Shown: positions 49,596-58,115 of the stretch, in pieces | Numbering within the stretch: position 1 is the stretch's first letter | Layout of the letters: each line of letters opens with the position of its first letter | NCBI GenBank assembly: GCA_963783375.1 | Contig: CAWANH010000029.1 | Coordinates: 288,001-352,000, forward strand | DNA length: 64,000 nt | Reading direction: 5' to 3' | Origin: Candidatus Eiseniibacteriota bacterium | Lineage (GTDB): Bacteria > Eisenbacteria > RBG-16-71-46 > JABDJR01 | Program-made: the position numbers and the translations under genes | The notes under the pieces: model-generated | The model's input: the letters and a program-made list of their open reading frames with translations, nothing else | The model's database searches: none | What the model was told of the DNA's origin: nothing

Positions 49596-51772
49596 GCCTC
49601 CGCGAGACCGCCCTCCTCACCGGCATGGTGGTGACCGTCATCCCGGTGGCCGCCGCCTACCTTCGCCACCGGTCCGGCCTGGCCTGGGGCGCCACCGTGC
49701 TCGCCGCACTCTCCATGTCCGGCCTCCTGGCGGTCGTGTGGCGGCTCATTCGCCTGGGTCCGGCCACGGACGTCGAGTTCTGGGTGTACCTCCTGGTGGC
49801 GGGGGGCGTGCCGATGCTTCTCTCCGGCTACTTCCTCTCCGCGGTTCTGGGCCGGGAAAGTCCGGCGGAGGCCCTGAAGAGCGTGATCCGGACCTTTGTG
49901 GTCATTCTGGGCGGTGGGGTCCTGGCCCTGGTCTTCCTGCAGCGCGGCGGCTTCGTGGTGGGCTACCAATGGAAGGCGGGGAGCGGGACCGTGCTCCTGG
50001 GTCCCCTGGGCAAGGCCTACCTGAGCTATCTCCTGGTGGGGCTGGTGTTCGTGGGCTACAACCTCGAGAGCACCTACCGGCTGGCCGACGGCGCGGGTCG
50101 GGAACGGCTTCGTCCGGTGGTTCTGGGCCTGTTCGGGGTGCTCGGCTTCTACACCTACGTGCTCACCACCGGGCTTCTCTACTCCGCGGTGGAGATCGAC
50201 AATCTAGTGGCCTCGGCGGTTCCGCTCCTGGTGGCGAGCCTCCTGGTGTCCTACGGATTTCTCAAGGGGAGCCTGGCCGACACCGCCGTTCCCGTCTCCC
50301 GGACGGTGGTCTATTCCTCGTTCACCGCGTTCGCCGCCGCCCTCTACGTTCTGGCCATGGGCATGGCCGCCCAGCTGGCCAGCTTCACCCGCTGGTCGCC
50401 GGGCCAGGTGGTTACCGTCTCCTTCGTGTTCCTGGTGGTGCTGGCCGCCGCCACCATGGTGATCTCGAACCGCGTCCAGCGCTCGGTGCGGCGGTTCATC
50501 GACCGCAACTTCTACGTCAACCGGTACGACTACCGGACCCAGTGGGCCCGGGTCACCCGCACTCTGGAGCCTTCCCAGGGGCCGGAGGGGGTGGCGAGCG
50601 CCGCCGAAGCGATGTTCAAGGACGTGTTCCTGGCCGACCATGTCACGGTGACCCTGCGCGATCGGAACGGCCACGGATTCCGTCCGTTCGTGGGAAAGGG
50701 GAAGGGCGAGGCCGACGCCGTTCTCCTCGAGGACAGTCCGCTCATCCAGCGGCTTCTCGGTGAGCGCCATGCCCTGCTTCTCGAACGCCAGCCCGACGAT
50801 CTCGACTACGTTCCGATCTACGTCGAGAACCGGGAGTGGCTGGAGCACACCGCGAGCCAGGTGGTGGCGCCCCTTCTGGTCGGGCAGGAACTCCGGGGAG
50901 TCGTGGGGCTGGAGCGCAGCCACCCCGATGACCGCTTCAGCTTCGAGGACCTCGACCTCCTGGATTGCATGGCCGCCCAGGTGGGGGCGGTGATGCGGGC
51001 GGTGGAGCTGGCCCAGGAACTGGCCGAGGCGCGGGAGATGGAGCTTCTGTCCCAGTGGAGCAACCTGATTCTCCACGATCTCAAGAACTACCTCTCGCCG
51101 CTCCAGCTCATCGTCCAGAACATGCGGGTGCACATGGGGAATCCCGAGTTCCAGAAGGAGGCGGTGGAGGACCTGGCCGCGGTGGCCGGACAGATGGAGC
51201 GGCTGATCAAGCGCCTCTCCGAGCTTCGGGACGGGGCGCGAATCACCAAGGGGACCGTCGATCTGAACGAGCTGGTCGGCCGCACCATCACCGACCTCCA
51301 GATCTACCGACGCTCCTCCCTCACCGTGAAGATGGAGCTCACCGCGGACGAGCCGGTGCGCGGGGACGCGGGCATGCTCCGCCGGGTGGTGGAGAACCTG
51401 ATCCAGAACGCGGTGGAGGCGATGCATGGGAAGGGCTTCCTCACCGTCCGGACCGAGGTTCGGCCCGATCTCGGAAACGGCGTGCCCAAGGTGACGCTCA
51501 GCGTCACGGATACCGGCCCGGGCATCGAGGAAGCCTTCGTCCGCGACCGGCTGTTCAGACCCTTCGCCTCCACCAAGAAGAAGGGCCTCGGTCTGGGACT
51601 GTACCAGTGCCGGACGATCGTGGAGGCGCACGGCGGGGAGATCTTCGTGGAGAGCCGACTCGGGGAGGGGACGACCTTCCGGGTGGCGCTCATGGCCGCG
51701 CGACGGGTCGAGTCCCGCCGCCTGCTCGGAGCGCCCGGGCGGCCGCAATCCACACCGGGAGTGAGAGCGTGA
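49592..51772 (+). CDS. prsK: PrsK-like GAF sensor histidine kinase
   Basis: Multi-TM N-terminus, FIDRNFYVNRYDYRTQW, GAF (EDLDLL), H-box LHDLKN, NLIQNAVEA, DTGPGI, FRPFASTKKKGLGLGLYQC. Confidence 0.88.
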   Translation: MSLRETALLTGMVVTVIPVAAAYLRHRSGLAWGATVLAALSMSGLLAVVWRLIRLGPATDVEFWVYLLVAGGVPMLLSGYFLSAVLGRESPAEALKSVIRTFVVILGGGVLALVFLQRGGFVVGYQWKAGSGTVLLGPLGKAYLSYLLVGLVFVGYNLESTYRLADGAGRERLRPVVLGLFGVLGFYTYVLTTGLLYSAVEIDNLVASAVPLLVASLLVSYGFLKGSLADTAVPVSRTVVYSSFTAFAAALYVLAMGMAAQLASFTRWSPGQVVTVSFVFLVVLAAATMVISNRVQRSVRRFIDRNFYVNRYDYRTQWARVTRTLEPSQGPEGVASAAEAMFKDVFLADHVTVTLRDRNGHGFRPFVGKGKGEADAVLLEDSPLIQRLLGERHALLLERQPDDLDYVPIYVENREWLEHTASQVVAPLLVGQELRGVVGLERSHPDDRFSFEDLDLLDCMAAQVGAVMRAVELAQELAEAREMELLSQWSNLILHDLKNYLSPLQLIVQNMRVHMGNPEFQKEAVEDLAAVAGQMERLIKRLSELRDGARITKGTVDLNELVGRTITDLQIYRRSSLTVKMELTADEPVRGDAGMLRRVVENLIQNAVEAMHGKGFLTVRTEVRPDLGNGVPKVTLSVTDTGPGIEEAFVRDRLFRPFASTKKKGLGLGLYQCRTIVEAHGGEIFVESRLGEGTTFRVALMAARRVESRRLLGAPGRPQSTPGVRA

Positions 51773-53193
51773 TGAAGAAGCAGGATGCGGCAACGAATCA
51801 CAAGCGATCGAAGGTTCTGGTGGTGGACGACGACGCCAGCATTCTCCACCAGCTCAAGTGGGGATTGGCCGAGGAGTACGAGGTGACCACCGCGGGGGAC
51901 CCTGACGAGGCGTGGGCGAAGGTGGTGGACCAGAAGCCGGACGTGATCACCCTGGACCTGGCCCTGGTGGGGGACGATCCGGAGACCGGTTTCCTTCTCC
52001 TCGACCGCATGATGGCCTTCGACCCTCTGCTCAAGGTGATCCCGGTCACCGGACACGACGCCCGAGCCAACGCCTTGCGAGCGGTGGACCGGGGGGCCTT
52101 CGACTTCTTCACCAAGCCCATCGCCCTGGATGAGCTCCGTATCCTGCTCCGGCGGGCGGCCTCGCTTCGCCGTCTCGAGCAGGAGAACGCCGGTCTCCGC
52201 GAGCGGCTCAGCCGGGAAGGGAGCCTGGGCCGGATCCTGGGCCATTCGACGGAGATCCAGAAGGTGTTCCGGCTGATCCGCAAGGTGGCCTCGGCCGAGG
52301 TCACGGTCCTCATCTCCGGGGATTCCGGAACCGGGAAGGAGCTGGTGGCCCGGGAGATCCATCGCTTGAGCCCGCGAACGGGCCAACCGTTCGTCAGCAT
52401 CAGCTGCGGGGCGATTCCGGAGAACCTGCTGGAGAGCGAGCTGTTCGGCCACGAGAAGGGCTCCTTCACCGACGCCTATGCCTCCCGGGAGGGGAAGCTC
52501 GAGACGGCGAACGGGGGAACGGTGTTCCTGGATGAGATCGGTGAGATGCCGATGTCCCTCCAGGTCAAGATCCTCCGGTTTCTCCAGGAACGCGAGATCG
52601 AGCGCGTGGGGGGACGGAAGGTCATCCCCCTGGACGTGCGCGTCCTCGCCGCCACCAACCGGGACCTGAAAGAGGAAGTGGGCAAGGGTCAGTTCCGCGA
52701 GGATCTTTTCTTCCGGCTTTCGGTGGTCAACATCAACCTTCCTCCGCTTCGCGAACGGAAGGCGGATATCGTCTATCTGGCCGAGTGCTTCCTCGATCGC
52801 TATTCCACCGAGCTCGGCCGGGGAAAGCTCTCCCTGAGCCGCCAGGCCCTGCGGGCGCTGCAGCACTACTCCTGGCCGGGAAACGTGCGGGAGCTGGAGC
52901 ACCGCATCCAGCGCGGGATCGTCCTGTCCCGCGGGCGGGTGATCCGGGCGGAGGACCTGGAACTGGAGGGGGAGGGCGACATGGAACTCTCCAACCTGCG
53001 GGGGGCCCGGGAGGAGGCGGAGCGCAAGGTCGTGAACGAGGCCCTGCGGCGGAACTGCGGCAACATCGCCCGGGCGGCGCGGGACCTGGAGATTTCCCGC
53101 CCCACCCTCCATGATCTTCTGCGTAAGCTGGAGATCAGCGCGGTCGAGTTCAAGAACGGTATCGGACCCCAAGGGAACAAGGAGGGCGTCTAG
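51772..53193 (+). CDS. prsR: PrsR-like sigma54-dependent response regulator
   Basis: REC (VVDDD..QLKW, TLDL), GDSGTGKE, GSFTDA, FLDEIGEM, WPGNVREL, Fis HTH ISRPTL. Confidence 0.9.
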   Translation: MKKQDAATNHKRSKVLVVDDDASILHQLKWGLAEEYEVTTAGDPDEAWAKVVDQKPDVITLDLALVGDDPETGFLLLDRMMAFDPLLKVIPVTGHDARANALRAVDRGAFDFFTKPIALDELRILLRRAASLRRLEQENAGLRERLSREGSLGRILGHSTEIQKVFRLIRKVASAEVTVLISGDSGTGKELVAREIHRLSPRTGQPFVSISCGAIPENLLESELFGHEKGSFTDAYASREGKLETANGGTVFLDEIGEMPMSLQVKILRFLQEREIERVGGRKVIPLDVRVLAATNRDLKEEVGKGQFREDLFFRLSVVNINLPPLRERKADIVYLAECFLDRYSTELGRGKLSLSRQALRALQHYSWPGNVRELEHRIQRGIVLSRGRVIRAEDLELEGEGDMELSNLRGAREEAERKVVNEALRRNCGNIARAARDLEISRPTLHDLLRKLEISAVEFKNGIGPQGNKEGV

Positions 53194-54287
53194 TGGGGCG
53201 ACGGATACTGGGAGCGGCGGGAGCGATCGGGCTCGCGCTGATCCTGTGGCAGGGCGTGTCCGAGGCCGCGGGGCCGATCCTGGAATCGCGCCCGCACGGC
53301 GCCGGGGTGACGCTGGAGGGTCCGGTCTCGGTCTCCGGCACCGCGCCCCTCGGGCTGGAGGAGCTACCCCCGGGGCGCTACCGACTCCGGGTCCGGGGTG
53401 GCGGCCTGGTTGCCTCGACCGGGCGCCTCAACCGGGGAGCGGGGGGCCTCGTCACCGTCGGATCCCTCGCCGGACCGGTCTCCCTTCTCCTCCCTCCCGG
53501 ATTTTCCCACTTTCGTCTGGGCGAGACCGGGCGGGGTTGGGTGTTCCTGGCCGGGGGGGCGGCGGGGGCGGCGGGCCTCGTGGTCCAGCAGGTGCGCCTG
53601 GGGGAGGCCGACGACGATGCCGACCGCGGCCGCGTCGCCTACCGGAACGCGGTCTCCGCCGAGGAGTTCAGCCGGGCCCGGCTGGATCTCCTGGCCATCA
53701 ACGATCGAAAGGCGGACGAGGAAACTCTTCGGAACATGTGGGGGGCCTACACCGGCGCGGTCTGGCTGGGGGCGGCGCTGGAGAGCTGGATCCTGACCCC
53801 CCATCCCGGGCTGGTGGACGGGGGGGGGGAGCACTACGTGCTGGAGGTCCAGCGGGCCGGCGGCACGGGGGCGGCGCTCCGGAGCTTCCTGGTCCCCGGC
53901 GCCGGGCAGCGGTACCTCGGACGCGAGGGGCGGGGGAACCGCTTCACCGCGGCCGTCTTGGCGCTGGGGGCGGGCTCGATCGCCGCCCACGACGCCTTCC
54001 TGAAGGCCCGTCGGGACCAGAACGACGCTCAACGTCGCTACGAAGCGGCCGAAACCGAACGGGAGGCCCTCCGATGGCGGAACCGCCTGGGGGATGAGGT
54101 CGATCGGACCCGCAACTGGGATCGGGTGCGATGGGGCATGGTGGGGGCCACGGTGGGAGTCTACATCTGGAACGTGTTCGACGCGGCCCTGGAGGGGAGC
54201 GCGACCGCACCTCCCTCCGACGTGGGTTGGAACCTGGTTCCACGGCGCGATGGGTTTCGAGCCGGGCTGACCTGGAGGATTTCTTGA
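53193..54287 (+). CDS. exported protein with two DUF5683-like hydrophobic hairpin repeats and C-terminal beta strands
   Basis: Signal peptide; SLLLPPGFSHF..G and SFLVPGAGQRY.G repeats; ends AGLTWRIS. Confidence 0.6.
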   Translation: MGRRILGAAGAIGLALILWQGVSEAAGPILESRPHGAGVTLEGPVSVSGTAPLGLEELPPGRYRLRVRGGGLVASTGRLNRGAGGLVTVGSLAGPVSLLLPPGFSHFRLGETGRGWVFLAGGAAGAAGLVVQQVRLGEADDDADRGRVAYRNAVSAEEFSRARLDLLAINDRKADEETLRNMWGAYTGAVWLGAALESWILTPHPGLVDGGGEHYVLEVQRAGGTGAALRSFLVPGAGQRYLGREGRGNRFTAAVLALGAGSIAAHDAFLKARRDQNDAQRRYEAAETEREALRWRNRLGDEVDRTRNWDRVRWGMVGATVGVYIWNVFDAALEGSATAPPSDVGWNLVPRRDGFRAGLTWRIS

Positions 54288-56155
54288 TGCGCGTTCGGCA
54301 TTGCGGCACGTTGGTCGCCGCGCTGATCCTCGTTGCGGGATGCTCGACCCGGACCACCGATCCGGTCTTCGACAATCCCCTCGATCCCGGGAGCGGGACC
54401 CGGCTCTCCCCTCCCCGCGCGGTCAACGCGGAGGTGGGCAACAACCGGGTGAGACTCTCCTGGACCCCTCCGGACGGGGTCGCGGTCGACGAGTACGCGA
54501 TCTTCCGCACGCGCACCGACGGCGACCCTCCCCACGACACCAGGCTGGTGGCCCAGCCGAGCGACACGACCTATGACGACGCCGACGTCCGCAACGGCCG
54601 GAGCTACTCCTACGAGATCGCGTCCGGGAAAGCCGGCAAGTTCGGCGAGCGCACCGAGGCGGTGGAGGTGGGCCCCGGCCTGTTCACGCTGGTGATCTCC
54701 GGCGACGCCCCCAGCGTGAAGGACGTGGCGGTACAGATTTCGGTGGGGGGGCCTGCGGCCACCGAGGCGGTGGAGCTTTCGGAGGATCCGGGATTCCCCG
54801 GCGCATCCTGGCGACGGATGGCCTCGACCCTCACCTGGACCCTGAGCCCGGGAGACGGGGAGAAGACGGTGTACGCCCGCTTTCGTCTCGCCGACGGCAC
54901 CGAGTCGTTCCCGGTCTTCGACACCGTGAACCTGGACACCCGCGCGGTGATCCGCTCGGTGAGCTTCGACGGGGATCCGGTGCGAACTCCGGGAGAGTCC
55001 ATCCACTTCCGGATCGACGCGGGAGAGCCCGACGGGACGGCCACCATCGACGTGTCCGGACTCTTCGGGGGGTTCCCTCTCTTCGACGATGGGACCTCCG
55101 GGGACCCGACGGCGGGGGACGGGGTCTACGAGCGCGACGCGACCATTCCCGGCGGCACGACCACCCTGGCCGCCGCGGTGCGGGGGCGGTTCACCGACGC
55201 CGCCGGCAACACGGCCGCCCAGATGGACGCCCCCCGCACCCTGAGCGTGCGGGCCGCGCCCCAGGCGGTCACCCTCCTGGATCTCACCGCGTCTCCGCCG
55301 CCGGATCCGGCCCAGGTGGTGATCCGGTGGACCCAGAGCCTGGACAGCGATTTCGCGTCGTACCTGGTCTACCGGGATACCACCGACGTCGTCGATCCTT
55401 CCGACCCCCTCGCCGGCACGATCACCGGCCGGTCCACGGTCTCCGTGACCGACAGCGGCCTCGAGGAGGGAGTGACCTATCGGTACCGGGTCTACGTCCG
55501 CACCTCGCTGGGGCTGGAGACCGGGTCCAACACCGTCGCGGTCACCGTGCCCAACGTGAGACCCCCGTCGGCGGTCCGGTTGAGCGATCCCGACGGCATC
55601 GCCTACACGCGGCTGGCCCTGTCCTGGACGCGGAACCCGGAGCTCGATTTCGCGGCCTACCGGGTCTACCGGAACGAGGACGGCGCGGTGGACGACGGCG
55701 ACCTCCTGGTGGGGGAGATCGCGGACCGGGAGCACACCTACCTGGACGACGGAGGCCTAGTGGAAAACACGGTCTACCACTACCGGGTCTATACGGTGGA
55801 CACCGCCGGGCTGACCGCCCGGAGCAACGAGGTGGAAGGGAGAACGGATAACCAGAAACCCCCGTCGGTAACGCTCGACGCGGCCTCGGCGGTGGTGGAC
55901 ACCGCGGCTACCTTGACCTGGAGCCAGAGCGACGCGCACGATTTCGCCAGCTACCGCCTGTACCGGTCCGAGAGCCCCTCGGTGAGCTCGTCCTCGGTGC
56001 TGGTGAGCGAGATCTCCGATCGGGACGGGACCTCCTACCGGGACAAGGGTTTGGTCAAGGCGACCCACTACTATTATCGGGTATTCGTGGTGGACGACGG
56101 GCCGAGCCCCGAGAGCTCGGGCAGTAACGTCGTGGATCTCACCACGCCGAATTGA
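54287..56155 (+). CDS. FN3-repeat surface lipoprotein with choice-of-anchor-X-like motif
   Basis: Lipobox VAGC, FDNPLDP, four W..S.D.DFASY.VYR...Y.YRV-type repeats, LFDDGTSGDPTAGDGVY. Confidence 0.78.
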   Translation: MRVRHCGTLVAALILVAGCSTRTTDPVFDNPLDPGSGTRLSPPRAVNAEVGNNRVRLSWTPPDGVAVDEYAIFRTRTDGDPPHDTRLVAQPSDTTYDDADVRNGRSYSYEIASGKAGKFGERTEAVEVGPGLFTLVISGDAPSVKDVAVQISVGGPAATEAVELSEDPGFPGASWRRMASTLTWTLSPGDGEKTVYARFRLADGTESFPVFDTVNLDTRAVIRSVSFDGDPVRTPGESIHFRIDAGEPDGTATIDVSGLFGGFPLFDDGTSGDPTAGDGVYERDATIPGGTTTLAAAVRGRFTDAAGNTAAQMDAPRTLSVRAAPQAVTLLDLTASPPPDPAQVVIRWTQSLDSDFASYLVYRDTTDVVDPSDPLAGTITGRSTVSVTDSGLEEGVTYRYRVYVRTSLGLETGSNTVAVTVPNVRPPSAVRLSDPDGIAYTRLALSWTRNPELDFAAYRVYRNEDGAVDDGDLLVGEIADREHTYLDDGGLVENTVYHYRVYTVDTAGLTARSNEVEGRTDNQKPPSVTLDAASAVVDTAATLTWSQSDAHDFASYRLYRSESPSVSSSSVLVSEISDRDGTSYRDKGLVKATHYYYRVFVVDDGPSPESSGSNVVDLTTPN

Positions 56156-56195
56156 TCCGGGCCGGGCATCGGTCCGGAATCGTTTCGGGCCCGAC

Positions 56196-56975
56196 ATGGA
56201 CGGAGAACGGGTGATGGCTTCGGCGCGGAGAAACACCGACACCGGAGCCCCCGGCGGGGGGGGCATGGTCCCGGACTCCGTCGACCCCGCCATGGACCCC
56301 CTGTGGCGACGGATTCTGGAGAGCGTGACGGCGGCGGTACTCCTGGCCATTCTTCTTCCGGTGCTCGTTCTGGTGGCCGTCGCCATCAAGGTGGAATCCC
56401 CCGGGGGAGGCATCCTGTACCGCCAGGAGCGGGTGGGGCTCAATCGGCGGCGTTTGGGAGGCTCGTCCGGCCCGGCGGCGGGGCACGGCGCCATTACCGT
56501 CCGGGACCGGCGCGAACGCCGGAGCCGCCCCTCGGCGGGGAAGCCGTTCCGGATCTGGAAATTCCGCACCATGGTTCCCGACGCGGAGAGCCGGACCGGT
56601 CCGGTGTGGGCCACCCACGACGACCCGCGGGTCACCCGGGTGGGCTGGTTCCTCCGCATGACCCGGCTGGACGAGCTGCCCCAGCTCCTGAACGTGCTCC
56701 GCGGGGAGATGCGGCTGGTGGGGCCGCGGCCGGAGCGCCCCCACTTCGTGGATCAGCTGGTGGAGGGCGTTCCCGGCTATCGCCGCCGCCTGAGCGTCCC
56801 TCCGGGCATCACCGGGCTGGCCCAGGTGGAGCGGGCCTACGACGAGGACCTGGACGACGTCCGCACCAAGCTCCGCTACGATCTCTTCTACATCGAGAAC
56901 CGGAAGCCGATCCTGGACGTCAAGATCCTGCTCAAGACCCTGTCGGTGGTGTTCGGCCGGCGCGGCGCCCGCTGA
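56196..56975 (+). CDS. priming phosphoglycosyltransferase (Bac_transf, WcaJ/ExoY-like, short form)
   Basis: One TM, YRQERVG, KFRTM, DDPRVT.VG.FLR.TRLDELPQLLNVLRGEM.LVGPRPE, PGITGLAQV, YDLFY. Confidence 0.93.
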   Translation: MDGERVMASARRNTDTGAPGGGGMVPDSVDPAMDPLWRRILESVTAAVLLAILLPVLVLVAVAIKVESPGGGILYRQERVGLNRRRLGGSSGPAAGHGAITVRDRRERRSRPSAGKPFRIWKFRTMVPDAESRTGPVWATHDDPRVTRVGWFLRMTRLDELPQLLNVLRGEMRLVGPRPERPHFVDQLVEGVPGYRRRLSVPPGITGLAQVERAYDEDLDDVRTKLRYDLFYIENRKPILDVKILLKTLSVVFGRRGAR

Positions 56976-56990
56976 GTCGCGGGCGCCCGG

Positions 56991-57698
56991 CTACATCTGG
57001 CCGAAGGCCGGGATAAAGGACTTCAGGACCACCAGGATGATGCTCCAGATCACCCAGGCCCCGACCACGCCTCCCGTCGCCTTCTTCACGTCGAGCCGCC
57101 CCATCACCGAGACCACCAGGACCGCCAGGGCCAGGGTCCACAGGCCGAAGACGTCGAACTGCGCAAGCACGTGGTAGAAGGGCCCCTGGGGTGCGTCCGG
57201 GGGAAGCAGGGCGGCGAGGCTGGTCTTGATGTTCACGTCGTGCTTGATGAGGCTCAGGGGCAGGCGGACGATGAGGGTAGGAATGGCCACCATGTTCATG
57301 TAAGCGGTGCCGCAGACCATCTGCTTGAAACGGGCGTCCCCTCCGAGAACCACGTTTCCCACGAAGAACAGGATCCCCGCCACCACGAACACGATCACCG
57401 GGATGCCCACCGCGGCACCGATGGGAGCGGTGATGCGGGTGATCTGGGCGGTCTTGTCGATCTGCTCCTGGGTCACGTTCGGGCGGGATTGGATCTTCTC
57501 GATCTGGCTCTCCACGATGAGATCGCTGAGGGCCAGGGTGGCGAGTATGTTGATCACCACCAGAACGAGGATGGCGCCGAGGACCCGCGGATGGTCCCGG
57601 AGGGATTCGAGCGTCTGTCGCGGGGAAACCAGGATCCCCCAGATGCGCTGGAGGAGATTGAGTTCGGGGGTTTCCGAGGGAGTGAGCGTCGCTTCCAT
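56991..57698 (-). CDS. Yip1-domain membrane protein
   Basis: RIWGILVSPRQT, five TM helices, FDVFGLW; GGAGG RBS before ATG. Confidence 0.8.
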   Translation of the reverse strand: MEATLTPSETPELNLLQRIWGILVSPRQTLESLRDHPRVLGAILVLVVINILATLALSDLIVESQIEKIQSRPNVTQEQIDKTAQITRITAPIGAAVGIPVIVFVVAGILFFVGNVVLGGDARFKQMVCGTAYMNMVAIPTLIVRLPLSLIKHDVNIKTSLAALLPPDAPQGPFYHVLAQFDVFGLWTLALAVLVVSVMGRLDVKKATGGVVGAWVIWSIILVVLKSFIPAFGQM

Positions 57699-57725
57699 GT
57701 TGTCCTCCGTGCAAGGGGCAGCCGC

Positions 57726-57754
57726 ACTCTAGGTAGGGGTGCCTGTCCTGTCAA
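57726..57754 (-). promoter_or_regulatory. sigma70 promoter TTGACA-N17-TAGAGT for the Yip1 gene
   Basis: Perfect -35 and 17-nt spacer on the minus strand. Confidence 0.7.
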
Positions 57755-57925
57755 GGTAGGGGAGACGGCGGGTGGGGCCCGGGAGCGGTGAGGTGGCTTC
57801 CTGACCGCTCCGGAGGGGGGGGTCGGCTCCCCGATGCACGCTCTCTCCTTCCATGCGCCTCCCCGGCCCCGGCCCGGCTCGCCGGAGCGCTGAGGCGAAG
57901 TGCTAAATCGAAGCGGGAACGTGCG

Positions 57926-57956
57926 TTGACACCCTCCCGCCGGCATGGTGTATACT
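57926..57956 (+). promoter_or_regulatory. putative sigma70 promoter TTGACA-N19-TATACT
   Basis: Near-perfect hexamers but a long spacer. Confidence 0.5.
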
Positions 57957-57976
57957 GCGCCCGGTTTGCATCGGGC

Positions 57977-58010
57977 TTGCCGCCGGGCGCATAGTCGGCG
58001 GCAGTTTTTT
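57977..58010 (+). terminator. intrinsic terminator-like hairpin in the 5' leader of the OMP operon
   Basis: TTGCCGCCGG-8nt-TCGGCGGCAG followed by TTTTTT. Confidence 0.6.
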
Positions 58011-58115
58011 CGGTCGTCTCCGGTTCCCTGGTCGGTCCCCCCTCGGGCAGTCCCGAGGCCTTCCCGCTCCGGGAGGGCCATGGCCGCGTGAACGGTCCGC
58101 GAAGGAGCTTAGTCC

